Positions 23,411 through 34,564 of a stretch of DNA of 43,641 nucleotides are shown piece after piece. The number at the start of each line of letters is the position of its first letter. Positions within the stretch are counted from its first letter, which is position 1. Position numbers and translations under genes: made by a program. This DNA is from Octopus bimaculoides (lineage: Eukaryota): NCBI RefSeq assembly GCF_001194135.2, contig NC_068985.1, forward strand, positions 81,761,686 to 81,805,326, read 5' to 3'. A model generated the notes under the pieces. The model saw nothing but the letters and a program-made list of their open reading frames with translations, searched no databases and was not told the origin of the DNA.

Positions 23411-24423
23411 TTTGAAAAAAAAATTATTTTACCTTTTATCTGCGTGACATTGTTAACATAAGTGTCAGTTAAAGGCTGTGGCCTTGTGACACTTGCTTGA
23501 GTGTGAAAAGACGATCGAGGGGGTAAAATCAACAAATTATCTTTTTAACGACCCTCAGTGTTTCGAATTTAAACTTCACCGGTTTACCACGTATCAGGAT
23601 CCAGGCTTAGATTGGTTTTTTTAAATATTTTTTAGCCTTTTCTTTCCCACCCAGTTGATAACAGAAATACTAGCGATCTATTGGGGGTTAACTCAATCTT
23701 CTGTAACCTTTCGTTAGAAATCTGTGTCTTTGTGACCATATTAAAAAATTTCATTCGTCTAGGGACTAATTACATATGAAACTGGTCTATCATGCAAATA
23801 CATCAGTTCAATCGAAATCTTAAATAACATGATTACCTCTCTTTTATTTCCCTCGGGTTTTGGTACCGTGATATTTTTGTTTACATTTTTAACCTGTATT
23901 CCTCTTGCTCTGTCACCAATTCCCAAAACCGTTACCCATCTCCCACCTATCACCCAGTTTGTCTCTTTTGAGTCTACCCAGAATTCATTGCTACCCATAA
24001 TTACCAGCCCCATATCGAATACCCCATCATCATTATCTTACTTCAACCCCTCCACACGATTCCTTCCTGTTATATTTTGCATACTTTTTTCACTTTTATT
24101 TATTTATTGTCTTTAAAACAGAGCACTCAACATCCCCACTACCAACACCCTTTCTCCACCCAACTGTCAAATACTCCTTCTAACTTTTTGCCTACGCCTC
24201 CTACATCCTGTTTGGCCTCACTCCGTTTCCCTTCTTACCTCCCTTTCTATTTAAATACCTCTCCTCTTCCCTGTATCTTCTCCTTCCGTTTTACTCCTCC
24301 AAACCTTCTAACCATCACCTATTTTCTTTAACTTCTTTTTTTGTAAAATCTCCTTCATCGTACTTTCACTTTCTCACTAAATTTCGTTATCTAGTTTTCT
24401 CTCTTTTTGCTTTAACATTCACT

Positions 24424-24483
<60 letters not shown>

Positions 24484-24508
24484 TCTCTTCTCCTTCACNN
24501 NNNNNNNN

Positions 24509-24525
24509 GTGTGCTCTTCCGATCT
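24509..24525 (+). other. Illumina TruSeq adapter remnant (assembly contamination)
   Basis: GTGTGCTCTTCCGATCT is the exact 3' end of the TruSeq read-2 primer/adapter and lies immediately after a 10-N gap. Confidence 0.95.
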
Positions 24526-24984
24526 CGTTTGTTCCCTATTTTTTCTGCATCTCTGTTTCTTTTACTTTTCTTTCTTTCTTTTTTCTTTCTTTGTTTCTTT
24601 CTTCCTTTCTTTCTTTCTTTAACTTCTTGTCTCACTATCTTTATATATTTCCTGTTACTCTCTTACACATTACTTTCTTGTTCCTCTCTATCTTTTCCCT
24701 CGCTTAGCACTTTGGTCTCGATCTTGATTTGATTTCCACCCCCCTCTCTCTCTCTCATCTATTTGTTTGTGTATCATTCCGTCTATCTATAACCACCATT
24801 ATCCCCACCACTACTATCGCGGGAAAGAGCAGTCAAATTTCCCTCAAATCACATTCTATCTTTAAAAATATATAATTGACAATGTAATCATTGATATAAA
24901 AAATTGTGATGGTCAAGATCGGAAACCTTATGATCGCAGGCCTATTCAATCAGACCAGACCTAGACGTAAATATTGACATAATA

Positions 24985-25025
<41 letters not shown>

Positions 25026-25031
25026 AATAAA

Positions 25032-25085
<54 letters not shown>

Positions 25086-25087
<2 letters not shown>

Positions 25088-27055
25088 CAAAAACTGAGGC
25101 AGAACTGGACAGCCTAGTCCAGTCTGTGCGGATTTTCTCCAATGATATTAAGATGTAGTTTGGGCTCTCAAAATGAGCTACAGTGGTGATAAGACGAGGA
25201 AAGGCTTGCCAGAACAGAAGGCATATGTTTGCCTACTGATGAAATGATGAAGGCAATTCAACCTCAATCCAACTATAAATACGTGGGAATACTTGAGGTA
25301 GATGGAATCAAACCCCACTATATGAAGGAAAAGACAAAAAGAGAGTACCTGCGGCGAGTGAGAAAAATATTGGCTTCAAAGCTTAATGCCAGAAACATAA
25401 TTTCGGCTATAAACTCGCACGCAATCGCAGTAGTTCGGTTTGGCGCTGAAATCCCGAAGTGGATAGAGGAGGAGCTAAAGGAGATGGACAAGAAGTCAAG
25501 AAATCTCCTAACAATGCATGGAGCCCATCATCCACGTGCAGACAGTGATCACCTATACATGAGGAGAGCAAATGGAGGAAGGAGATTGATAAGCGTCGAA
25601 GACTGAGTACGTTTAATGAGATACCTAACCCAAAATAAGGAAACCTTGCCAGGGACAGTTAGGAACGAGGGAGTATTGAAAGCAGAGAAAAAAGGGGGGG
25701 GGAACAAAGGAAGAAGTACAAAAAGGACATGAAAAAGAATTACGCAAGAAGGGACTATACAATCAATTCCATAGATTGGTTAATGAAAGGAACCCTAAAA
25801 AAGAGACCAAGCTTTGGCCACAAACTGGAGAGTCAATCTTAGGAATAAGCAAGTGTCTCCCCGCTGTGCCGCATGTGGATGAAACTGTAGTGACTTCATT
25901 TAGGCATAGAGTAGATTCGAACTTCAATAGGCAAATTTCCTATATTTCAACAGCACTTTTCTCACAGAGAAACAATGGTTGACAGCAGTTACATTTAACA
26001 TATGGCTTTGCCAAGCCGATTTATGTCTTTGCGACGGAGAATATTTTTGTTCTCTGTAATATACCCATTTTTCTAGCTAGTTTTGCATAGTTATAAATAC
26101 AAGAATTCCGTAAGCCAAAGTCAGTGAGAACCGTGTCGGTTGACCGGCTAAACGAACGCCGTCTCTGAAGGAAAAGGCACAGAAAGACAACTATGGTAAC
26201 TCACTAACGAAGCAGTCGTTTCGTCCCACCACTCTCACTTTCACTAGCTCACTTTCTCTTCGGGTACAACATTATCCTATCTCTGTCTGTGATTTACTAC
26301 TACACAATAACAGGAATACAAACACAAACTGTACAAGGAAAATCAACGTTATCTCTCTTTACCTCGCATGCTTTACGTGGTTTGGCTATATACAAAGTAA
26401 CAGTAATAAATATTTGTTTACCCCTTCGATCACTGTTCTTCTTTCATCTTGCACATCTGCAACACCAACAATCATCATAATACATCAGCACCCTTTATAA
26501 AACCATTTCCCATCTCACGAACGAATGCCCTGGACTTGACCAAAACCACTACAACTTGTTGCGACACGACCAGGTAGCGAAAGTGCTACATTGGAAACTG
26601 TGCGAAAAGCGGGAGCTAGAGAGAGGCATGGTCTAGTATGAGCACAAACCGCAGTGAGTGGTAAAGTCGGAGTCTAGCAAACTCTTCTGGGATTTCCCAA
26701 TTCAAACAGATCAGGTGCTAGAGCATAACAGACCGGATTTAGTGGTGGTGGACAAGGTGCACCACATATGCTTATAGTTGGTGTTGCATGCCTCTTTGAC
26801 CCACGAATAGTCAAGAAGGAAGGCGAAATAATAGATAGATACAACCCTCTTAAGTACGAAATAGCCTGGCTATGGAAAATGAAGAAGGTGAAGATAGCGC
26901 CAATTATTGTTGGGTCCTTGGGAACAGTATCAGAAGGCATCAAGAGGAATATAAAGGAAATTGGAATAGAGTGTCCAGTAGAATTGTTACAAAAGGTTTG
27001 CCTCCTTGGCATGGACAGAATACTCAGGAAAGTATCTAAAGTATTAGATAGCTGA
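25086..27055 (+). mobile_element. 5'-truncated R4/Dong-clade RLE non-LTR retrotransposon, decayed
   Basis: KTEAELDSLVQSVRIFSNDI, YKYVGILE..EYLRRVRKILASKLN..MHGAHHPRADSDHLY..GGR, a CCHC region split by an insertion, RHDQVAKVLHWKLC, HNRPDLVVVDK (RLE PD..D motif, second D mutated) and PIIVGSLG..ELLQK. Stop at 27053-27055. Confidence 0.9.
25886..26499 (+). mobile_element. 614-bp solo LTR inserted in the R4/Dong LINE
   Basis: Interrupts DET|ISHL of the LINE. TSD AAAC at 25882-25885 and 26500-26503, termini TGTAG..TTTATA, TATA-like TATAAATA at 26092 and AATAAA at 26405. Confidence 0.65.
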
Positions 27056-27583
27056 AAAGAACGGATAGCATGGTACACCATCATGACGATCACTACTATC
27101 ATCATCATCATCATCCTCATCATCATCATCGTCATCATCGTCATCATCATCATCACCACCGCCGCCACCACACTCCTCCACCACTCCCTCCTCCTCCTCC
27201 TCCTCATTATCACACCACCACCGCCACACTCCTCCTCCTCCTCATCATCATCATCATCATCAACTTTATTCTTCCTCTTCAACTTCATTTCCATAANNNN
27301 NNNNNNNNNNNCAGGAAAGTATCTAAAGTATTAGATAGCTGAAAAGAACGGATAGCATGGTACACCATCATGACGATCACTACTATCATCATCATCATCA
27401 TCCTCATCATCATCATCGTCATCATCGTCATCATCATCATCACCACCGCCGCCACCACACTCCTCCACCACTCCCTCCTCCTCCTCCTCCTCATTATCAC
27501 ACCACCACCGCCACACTCCTCCTCCTCCTCATCATCATCATCATCATCAACTTTATTCTTCCTCTTCAACTTCATTTCCATAA
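27025..27583 (+). repeat. Exact 272-bp duplication across a 15-N gap (unmerged contig overlap)
   Basis: 27025-27296 is identical to 27312-27583, with Ns at 27297-27311. Confidence 0.95.
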
Positions 27584-27939
27584 GTCCTCATCCACTTTGC
27601 TACACTTCTTCCTTTTTACCTTGCGAACGCTCATACATTTTTCGCTTTTTCACGTCTCTTCTCAAATCTATTTCATTCGTCTTTTTCATCCTTTTCTTCC
27701 CTTCTGCTTTTTATCTTTCTTATTTTATACTTTCTGAAATTTCCCTACCTTTAACTTTTCCACTGACATTCAGTTTCCTTTTGATAATGCCACTTTGTCT
27801 CTGTTTCCTTCAAAGTCTCAACTGCATCTCTGCTACCTTTAACATCTCTGTTGATTTCTACTTTTTATTTTTTTAACATTTCTACCATATATCTGTTGAG
27901 ATACTGTACAATAAACTTCATTTGTACTTCCTTTAATAT

Positions 27940-28465
27940 TACTGTTGCATTTCCGTTTCCTTCAGCGATTTCACTGCATTTCTGTTTCCTTTAGGAATTC
28001 CACTACATTTCAGCTTCCTTTAGCAATTCCACCGCATTTCTGCTTCCTTTAACAACTCCACTGCATTTCTATCTCCTTTGGCAACTCCACTGCATTTCCT
28101 TTAGCAATTCTACCGCATTTCTGTCTTCTTTGGCAACTCCACTGTGCTTCTGCTTCCTTTAGTAACCCCTTTGCATTTCTGCTTCCTTTAGTAATTCCAC
28201 CGCATTTCTGCTTCCTTTAACAACTCCACTGCATTTCTGCTTCTGTAAGCAATTCCACTGCATTTTCCTTTAGCAATTCCACCGCATTTCTCTCTCCTTT
28301 GACAACTCCACTGCATTTCTGCTTCTATAAGCAATTTCACTACATTTTTGTTTCCTTTAGCAACTCCACTGCATTTCTGCTTCCTTTGGCATTTCTGCTT
28401 CCTTTGGCATTTCTGCTTCCTTTGGCATTTCTGCTTCTTTTGGCAACTCCACTGCATTTCTGGAA
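27940..28465 (+). repeat. Degenerate 29-bp minisatellite with an embedded 18-bp sub-array
   Basis: Unit approximately CAACTCCACTGCATTTCTGCTTCCTTTAG. GCATTTCTGCTTCCTTTG occurs 4 times at 28371-28442 (last copy has one change). More decayed units continue to about 29330. Confidence 0.85.
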
Positions 28466-28643
28466 GGGGTTGTATACTCACGGAATTTATTATTCACTAG
28501 TTGTAAAATATCAGCTCCATAGCTTCACTGTCTTTATATATTTATTTATTATTTCTTTGTGGGGGAGGATCTGGTTCTTGCTTTGTAGTTGATTCTTTTA
28601 GGTAGGGGTATTATTAAGGCCGCAGAAAAAAAAAAGCCTTACA
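28461..28643 (-). mobile_element. Penelope-like ORF N-terminal fragment, near-identical to 31278-31460
   Basis: Direct repeat of about 185 bp with only a few substitutions and indels relative to 31278-31460. Confidence 0.8.
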
Positions 28644-29734
28644 CTATATGTCTGCTTCCTCTGACATTCCTTTGACACCCCACTGCACTTCTGCTTTCTT
28701 TGATATCCCTATTATATCTCTACCTTCTTTAACGTTTGAACAGTATAAATCAAGCATGGGCAATCTTTTTCCGAGAAGAGCAACGTGAGACACAGCGCAC
28801 CATCAGGCGGGCTATACAACTAAAAAAATTCAAGATAATTTTTTATTAGACGTGTTACAGTTTGTTCATGATTGAAATATATACTTCCTTTGATATCGCA
28901 ATCGTATCTACGCATCTTATAACATATAAATAGCAGTTCTCAGTTTTTGGAGACACTGCTGGTTTTCTACTTATTTCATTTGACTGTATTTCTGCTTCTT
29001 CCGACAGATTTCATTGCATTTCTACCCACCCTATTTTAAAATTTACATCTACATTGCAATTCTACTTTGTTTTCTCGTTTTGGTAACTTCGTGGCACTTC
29101 TATTGATCCCTCTGCAGCACTTTGTGCCTTTTTATCATTTCTATCACATTTCTGATTTTTCATAAATACTTCCACTGAATTTCTACTTCCTTTGACACCT
29201 CTATTATATCTCTATTTCCTTTAGCACCTCCATAGCATTTCTGACATCTTTCCCATCATTTCTGCTTCTCATTCTCTCTCTCTCTCTCTCTCTTCCGATA
29301 TCCCACTGCATCTCTGCCTCCCCTGACAGCTTCAATACGCAAACGCACGTGCACACACACGCACACGCGCGTGCGCATTCATATTCACACACTGGGGTAC
29401 CACCTTGAAGAATTTTAGTTGAAAGAATCGACCCCACTACATTTTAAATATAAAAGAGTGAATTATATTTTAATGTATAAAAGTGGAACCTTGAATCTTG
29501 CCCCACTTAATCTTTCGAGCCGACCTGTGGTGGTGAAACCTGAAGTTGTAATATGAATATATAATATCCAGCTATTAATAAAAACAAAATGTAGTAGTGG
29601 ATAGCTTCTAACCAACAAGATGCCTCTTAGCACATTAAGTATAGCTGCTGATAAATGTAACCACCACTATTTGGACATATCGATAATCAGACATTTAAAT
29701 AATGTATTGCACCGGAGACTTAGTTTTATAAAAA

Positions 29735-30224
29735 CGCTTGAAGTCGTTCCTTTTCAGTAAAAATAAGAAAACAAAAAGAAGCGTGATTTAGGACTACAAA
29801 AATTCCGCCGAGTGACAAACTATTTGGATCTCTCGAAATGAATATTTTCAAAATAGTCGAGGAAATAAAATTCAAGAAAGTGAGCAACACTTTCAAGCAG
29901 AAAATGTTGAATAATGTGAAGGGTAAGTCAGGAAATTAAAAGATATTTGTCAAGATAAGCAAAACAAAAACTGCATATGAAATGCACTATATAGATTGTA
30001 GTAATTTACCATCAAACAATTTCACTAATAATTAATTAAACAAACATTAATACATGAAATTCACTAAATAACGAGGTCAAAAACATCGCCACAAATCTTT
30101 ACATAGAAGATAAGGAAGAAATTATTACACTAAAAAAGTGTATATCCCTATCTGGGACCATAAGCACTGTTTCATGAATAATACAACAGCTAGCCTCATA
30201 AATCGAACTAAAACAGATTTAGAC
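29735..30224 (+). mobile_element. Penelope-like element RT N-terminal fragment
   Basis: FRTTKIPP..VEEIKFKKVSNTFKQKM..KIFVKISKTKTAYEM..NNEVKNIATNLYIEDK..DHKHCFMNNTTASLINRTKTDL, decayed versions of PLE motifs IKFR..NxFQ, ADKT..YEM and KDHK..CRLINP. Confidence 0.8.
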
Positions 30225-30254
30225 TTATTTTTGGATATGAAAGAGGGGGAATGA

Positions 30255-31555
30255 AGAATGTATTTAAACCTATTTTTGAAACTGTTTTTGGTTAGAGCGG
30301 TTCCAAAGTTCAGCGTTGTTCTATCAAAAATTCTTTGCTTGAAGAGAGTTTAAAAATTCTTGTACTGATATTACAGATCAGAATTTTAAAAGCAATTGAC
30401 CGGTAGCGAGAGGCAATTAATATACTGTGGTATCTAAATGAAGTTTAAATAGTTTTTTTATTTAAAAGAAATTAATTATTTTAGTTCAGTATTGTTTGTT
30501 ATCACGAGACCTAGTTATATGAAAGAGGCAAGATATTTCTAAACGGATCTAAGTTTTGAGTGGATATAGCTAATCCATCATCTCGTTAAAGGCCAGTGTT
30601 GAGGATGCTGTAAATATTTTTCCCTTCAGGACATCTAGCGTAAAGAGGCCAGCCAACTTTTTTCATTCAGACAGCCTTTATCAAATAATACGGTTTTCTA
30701 GCATAGGTGATTATCTCTGGGCCTAACTAATGAATGTCACAGTTTTTATGCGATGCAATGTAATGCTTTACTAAGGAGGTAAAGTGTTAAGATGGATACA
30801 AATCAGAAAGAAATATCAAATTGTGTAAATCTAAAATTGCTTTTATCTTTAATATTCTTGAACAATTCGATGACAGCTTTATGGTTAATTCATTATTGTA
30901 AATTAGCCGCCTTTTCTAATTTTTTGATTAATCTTCTATATAATCTGTTTTATTGATTAGTCCTACTTTTGTCTTGGTTGGGTGTTTTATGAATCTAAAT
31001 CTGGGGTTAATATTAAAATCACTTTTGTGATCCTTAAATGTAATATAAGCTTCTTGCGTAGGTAGGCATTCAATCCTATTATCTAATCGTATTTTCTTGG
31101 TTATATATTTAGCTTCCGAATTAATGTCATTCTATGTTTGTGTAGCGGTTCTTTTTCTAGTTTTTAAAGACATCATTAAGTGCTTTCTTATATTTAATAG
31201 GATTCATTTCGTATAGATTATTAGTTACGTTGGAAAATATGAAAGACTTTTAATCTTTTTGATATCAGATCTAAGTTCTGGAAGGGGTTTGTATACTCAC
31301 GGAATTTATTATTCACTAGTTGTAAAAGATCAGCTCTATAGGCTTCACTGTCTTTATATATTTATTTATTATTTCTTTGTGGGGGAGGATCTGGTTCTTG
31401 TGTTGTAGTTGATTCTTTTAGGTAGGGGTATTATTAAGGCCGCAGAAAAAAGAGTCTTACATTTCATGTACTCGACTGCTTTCTTCATTTCCCACCACGT
31501 TCTTCTTACGTAATATGTTTTGGATAGTGTTCGTATATTTTTACCGAGTAAAGAG
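30255..31555 (-). mobile_element. Penelope-like element ORF (N-terminus through RT core and thumb), decayed
   Basis: SLLGKNI..MKCKTLF..LVNNKFREYTNPFQ..NNLYEM..INSEAKYIT..EAYITFKDHK..FKNIKDKSNFRFTQFDI..GL*RDDGL (YRDD motif at 30571-30594)..STRIFKLSSSKE. No GIY-YIG endonuclease seen. Confidence 0.9.
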
Positions 31556-31558
31556 CCG

Positions 31559-31616
31559 GCGCTCTTAACCACTACACCATATGCCCATGGGCATATGGTG
31601 TAGTGGTTAAGAGCGC
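31559..31616. repeat. Perfect 58-bp palindrome (head-to-head tRNA-like 5' ends)
   Basis: GCGCTCTTAACCACTACACCATATGCCCA|TGGGCATATGGTGTAGTGGTTAAGAGCGC, with no spacer. Confidence 0.95.
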
Positions 31617-31850
31617 GGGCTACTAACTCCAAGATTCCGAGTTCGATTCCAGGCAGGGACCTGAATAATAATAATAATAATAATAACAATAATAATAATA
31701 ATAATAATAATAATATCGAAAAATACCTTGGGAATGAGAACCCAGGTTCGAAATTTCCCCAAGACACCTGAAGGCTGGAGGGTATATCAGCCGAAACGTG
31801 TTAACAACAAACAAGATGAGGACAAATATCCGTCAAATGTAAATAATGTG
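31589..31850 (+). mobile_element. tRNA-headed SINE-like element with (AAT)n linker and hammerhead-like tail
   Basis: A-box TGGTGTAGTGG at 31596, B-box GAGTTCGATTCC at 31639, (AAT)n at about 31664-31713, and CTGA-A-GGCTG..CAGCC-GAAAC at 31768-31797. Confidence 0.7.
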
Positions 31851-32660
31851 TATTAATACACATATTCACTCTCACTAATATTTGAGTGCCGTGTTTTTCA
31901 ACTACCACACAACGGTAGACTTAGTAGTATATATTCCTTGCATTGTTGAATATTTTAACAACTAAATCACTGCGTGTCTATTCGTCTGTTTGTTTTCTTC
32001 TCTCTCTCTCTTTCTTTCTCTCTCTCTCTCTCTCGCCCACTCTCCTTTCCATTCTTTTTTTTTTATTTCAGCTCATATCCAAATCATTTGCCAGTTATTT
32101 TTATAACTTCTATATTCTCTGTTAGATTTCATATCTCTCACTCTCCCCTCTTAGACTCTGTGTTTTCCTTTCTATTTCTCTGTCTATTCCCTCATACGCA
32201 GACTCTCCCTCATTCTCATACACTCTGTTTCTGCGTTTTCCTATAGTTGTCAATTGTTTTCACTCATTCTCTCTCTCTATCACTCCCTCTCTCCATTTGG
32301 TTTCTTTTTTTCATTATTACTTAGTTTTTCATTTTATGCAATTTTTCATCCTCTTCTTTCTCCTCCTCTTCGCCTTCATCCTCATCATTGATTTTCGGGA
32401 TGTGTGTGGGGATCAACTTTTCATGCTAGCAACAGCAACATGATGCAGGCACAGGCATCTTTTCGAGAAGCGGGCCACATGGGACATCACCAAGCGGGCA
32501 GCACTACTAAAAAGCATTGAAGGTAATTTTTTCCTGGTGTGCAATTCACGGAGTCCCGCGGGCTGCAGTTTGCTCATGACTGACATATAGACAACCATAT
32601 TTCCACTTTAACACATTTAATATGTGTTATGCAAGTCTGCTCTACAGCGGAGGCGAGAGC

Positions 32661-32724
32661 GGGTTAGATGGGTGCTGATGAAGGAGTAAAAACCACCGAA
32701 ACATGGCATATACACTCATTACCC
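32661..32724 (+). ncRNA. Type I hammerhead ribozyme-like motif
   Basis: CTGATGA 32675-32681, GAAA 32698-32701 and ATA cleavage triplet 32710-32712. Stem I has 8 contiguous pairs (GATGGGTG 32667-32674 with CACTCATT 32713-32720, two G-U) plus GGGT/ACCC after a bulge. Stems II and III are short and imperfect. Confidence 0.65.
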
Positions 32725-32999
32725 ATTTTTGTCTTCAATCTCATTGTTTGTTTACATCTGACGTCTCGATACGAAACGTTGTAGCAAAAAAATCATTGCT
32801 GGTTAAAATTTCTTTAGAAATAACCTTAACAAAATAATGTAATAAACACTTTTAACACAGTGGAATGTGGTATTGACTTATAAAAACATTTAGTATAATT
32901 TATAGTATGTTATGGCTGCATAATGAAATATCACGTACCTACAAGTTATTAATGTCTTCAACAAAGGTATTCAATAATTCAAGAATTTTGCTTTAGGAA

Positions 33000-33015
33000 T
33001 CTATCTATCTATCTA

Positions 33016-33054
<39 letters not shown>

Positions 33055-33162
33055 GCCTGTCTCTCTGTCTCTCTTACTATCTATCTATCTATCTATCTAT
33101 CTGTCTAACTGTCTATTTATCTGTCTGTCTGTCTGTCTGCCTGTCTGTCTCTCTCTCTCTTA

Positions 33163-33195
<33 letters not shown>

Positions 33196-33222
33196 CCCAT
33201 TTGTCTGTCTGTCTGTCTCTCT

Positions 33223-33254
<32 letters not shown>

Positions 33255-33255
33255 A

Positions 33256-33300
<45 letters not shown>
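33000..33300. repeat. (TCTA)n/(TCTG)n compound microsatellite
   Basis: Directly visible. Confidence 0.95.
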
Positions 33301-33688
33301 CTATTTCTGTATGTCCGTCTATCTGTCTGCATGTCTGTTTGTCTGTCTCACTCCCTCACTATCTATTTATCATTAATTTTTTGCATTATACCATAAATTT
33401 CGCTCTGCCACTGTCTTTTTTTTCTTTCTTTCTCTATCTCACTCTCCCTTTCTTTCACATTCTCATATACCTTCTCTCTTCCTGTCATCTTTTTACCGCT
33501 TTCTATTTCACATTCTCTTTTTCTGTTACACAATTCCACATTTTTCATCTTGTTGTGCTCATTTATGATCTCTCTCCCCTCTTTCCCTCCCTTTCATTTT
33601 CTCCTCTTTTTTTTCTCTCTCCTGGCCTTTGTCTCTCCTTCCCTCCCCATCTCTTCCCCTCTCAACTATAAGTTATTCTCTCTCTCTT

Positions 33689-33740
<52 letters not shown>

Positions 33741-34564
33741 TTTCTGTCACTCCATTACTCGTTTCTTTCTTCTGTCATACTCCCCCACTTTTTGTCTTTC
33801 TCGCAGAAAAAATGAACATTTGGTGCACACTTTCCAAAATTAAGGGGAAAAAAATGTAGGGATAACATTACTTAATCTCTGCTGAGCCTCTTATGCCATA
33901 GTGTAAACCAGATGAGAGATAAATCGTTCTATGGTTAGAAGACCAGTTCGCTGCAATTAGAATCCTGAAATGATTTAATACATCTCGAGCCACAACAGAA
34001 ATAATAAAATTAACAAAATTAATAACAGCAACAGCAGCGAAAAAGCCTAAATATATATTCTTTTTTATGTAGGACTCATTGGATAATGTAGTACTAGACA
34101 TTTTACGTTTGCGAAAAATAGACAAGATGGCCATAGCAAAAATACTTTTGATCGTGTGTCTGCATGATTAGGAGTGACTTGGAGCTTAACAAAGAATAAC
34201 AATTACGCAGGGAGCTTCTACATCTTCGTCAGGCTACAAGAAATAACGGCCGAATTTCTCTAAAATCTTTAGAAAGGAACTATTCATTGCAGTCCCAAAT
34301 ATACTTTGTGGATAAAACATGGAACTGCTACAGTTTGAACATCATTGACCATAGGTCATATTGATCTTGTTTCACTAAGGGTTAAACAACAAACGAAGCA
34401 ACTCCAGTATGGACGTTCCATCTACCTATATCTCCTGCCCACAAACTACTCTCTTCTGTTTAAAAAAGAAAATAAATTTTGAAATATTAAGTCTAAGAGG
34501 GGCGTTATATCGAAAGTAAAAACAGATGGTTATGGCTGAATTATGACTTTTGGGCATTCATATA

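Noticed and set aside
27940-28465. CRISPR-like array
   Set aside because: It has tandem degenerate units without unique spacers in a eukaryotic context, with no cas genes.
28188-28481. ORF with QRKQKC repeats
   Set aside because: It is a translation of the 18-bp and 29-bp minisatellite.
31589-31661. Functional tRNA gene
   Set aside because: Acceptor and anticodon stems pair poorly and it is embedded in a repeat, so it is treated as a SINE head.
32455-32530. Possible exon ending GAAG|GTAATT (RHLFEKRATWDITKRAALLKSIE)
   Set aside because: There is no polypyrimidine acceptor, an in-frame stop lies just upstream, and the peptide is not recognised.
32758-32785. Second hammerhead-like core CTGACG..CGAAACGTT
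   Set aside because: It lacks A9 and stem II, and stem I is at most 2 bp.
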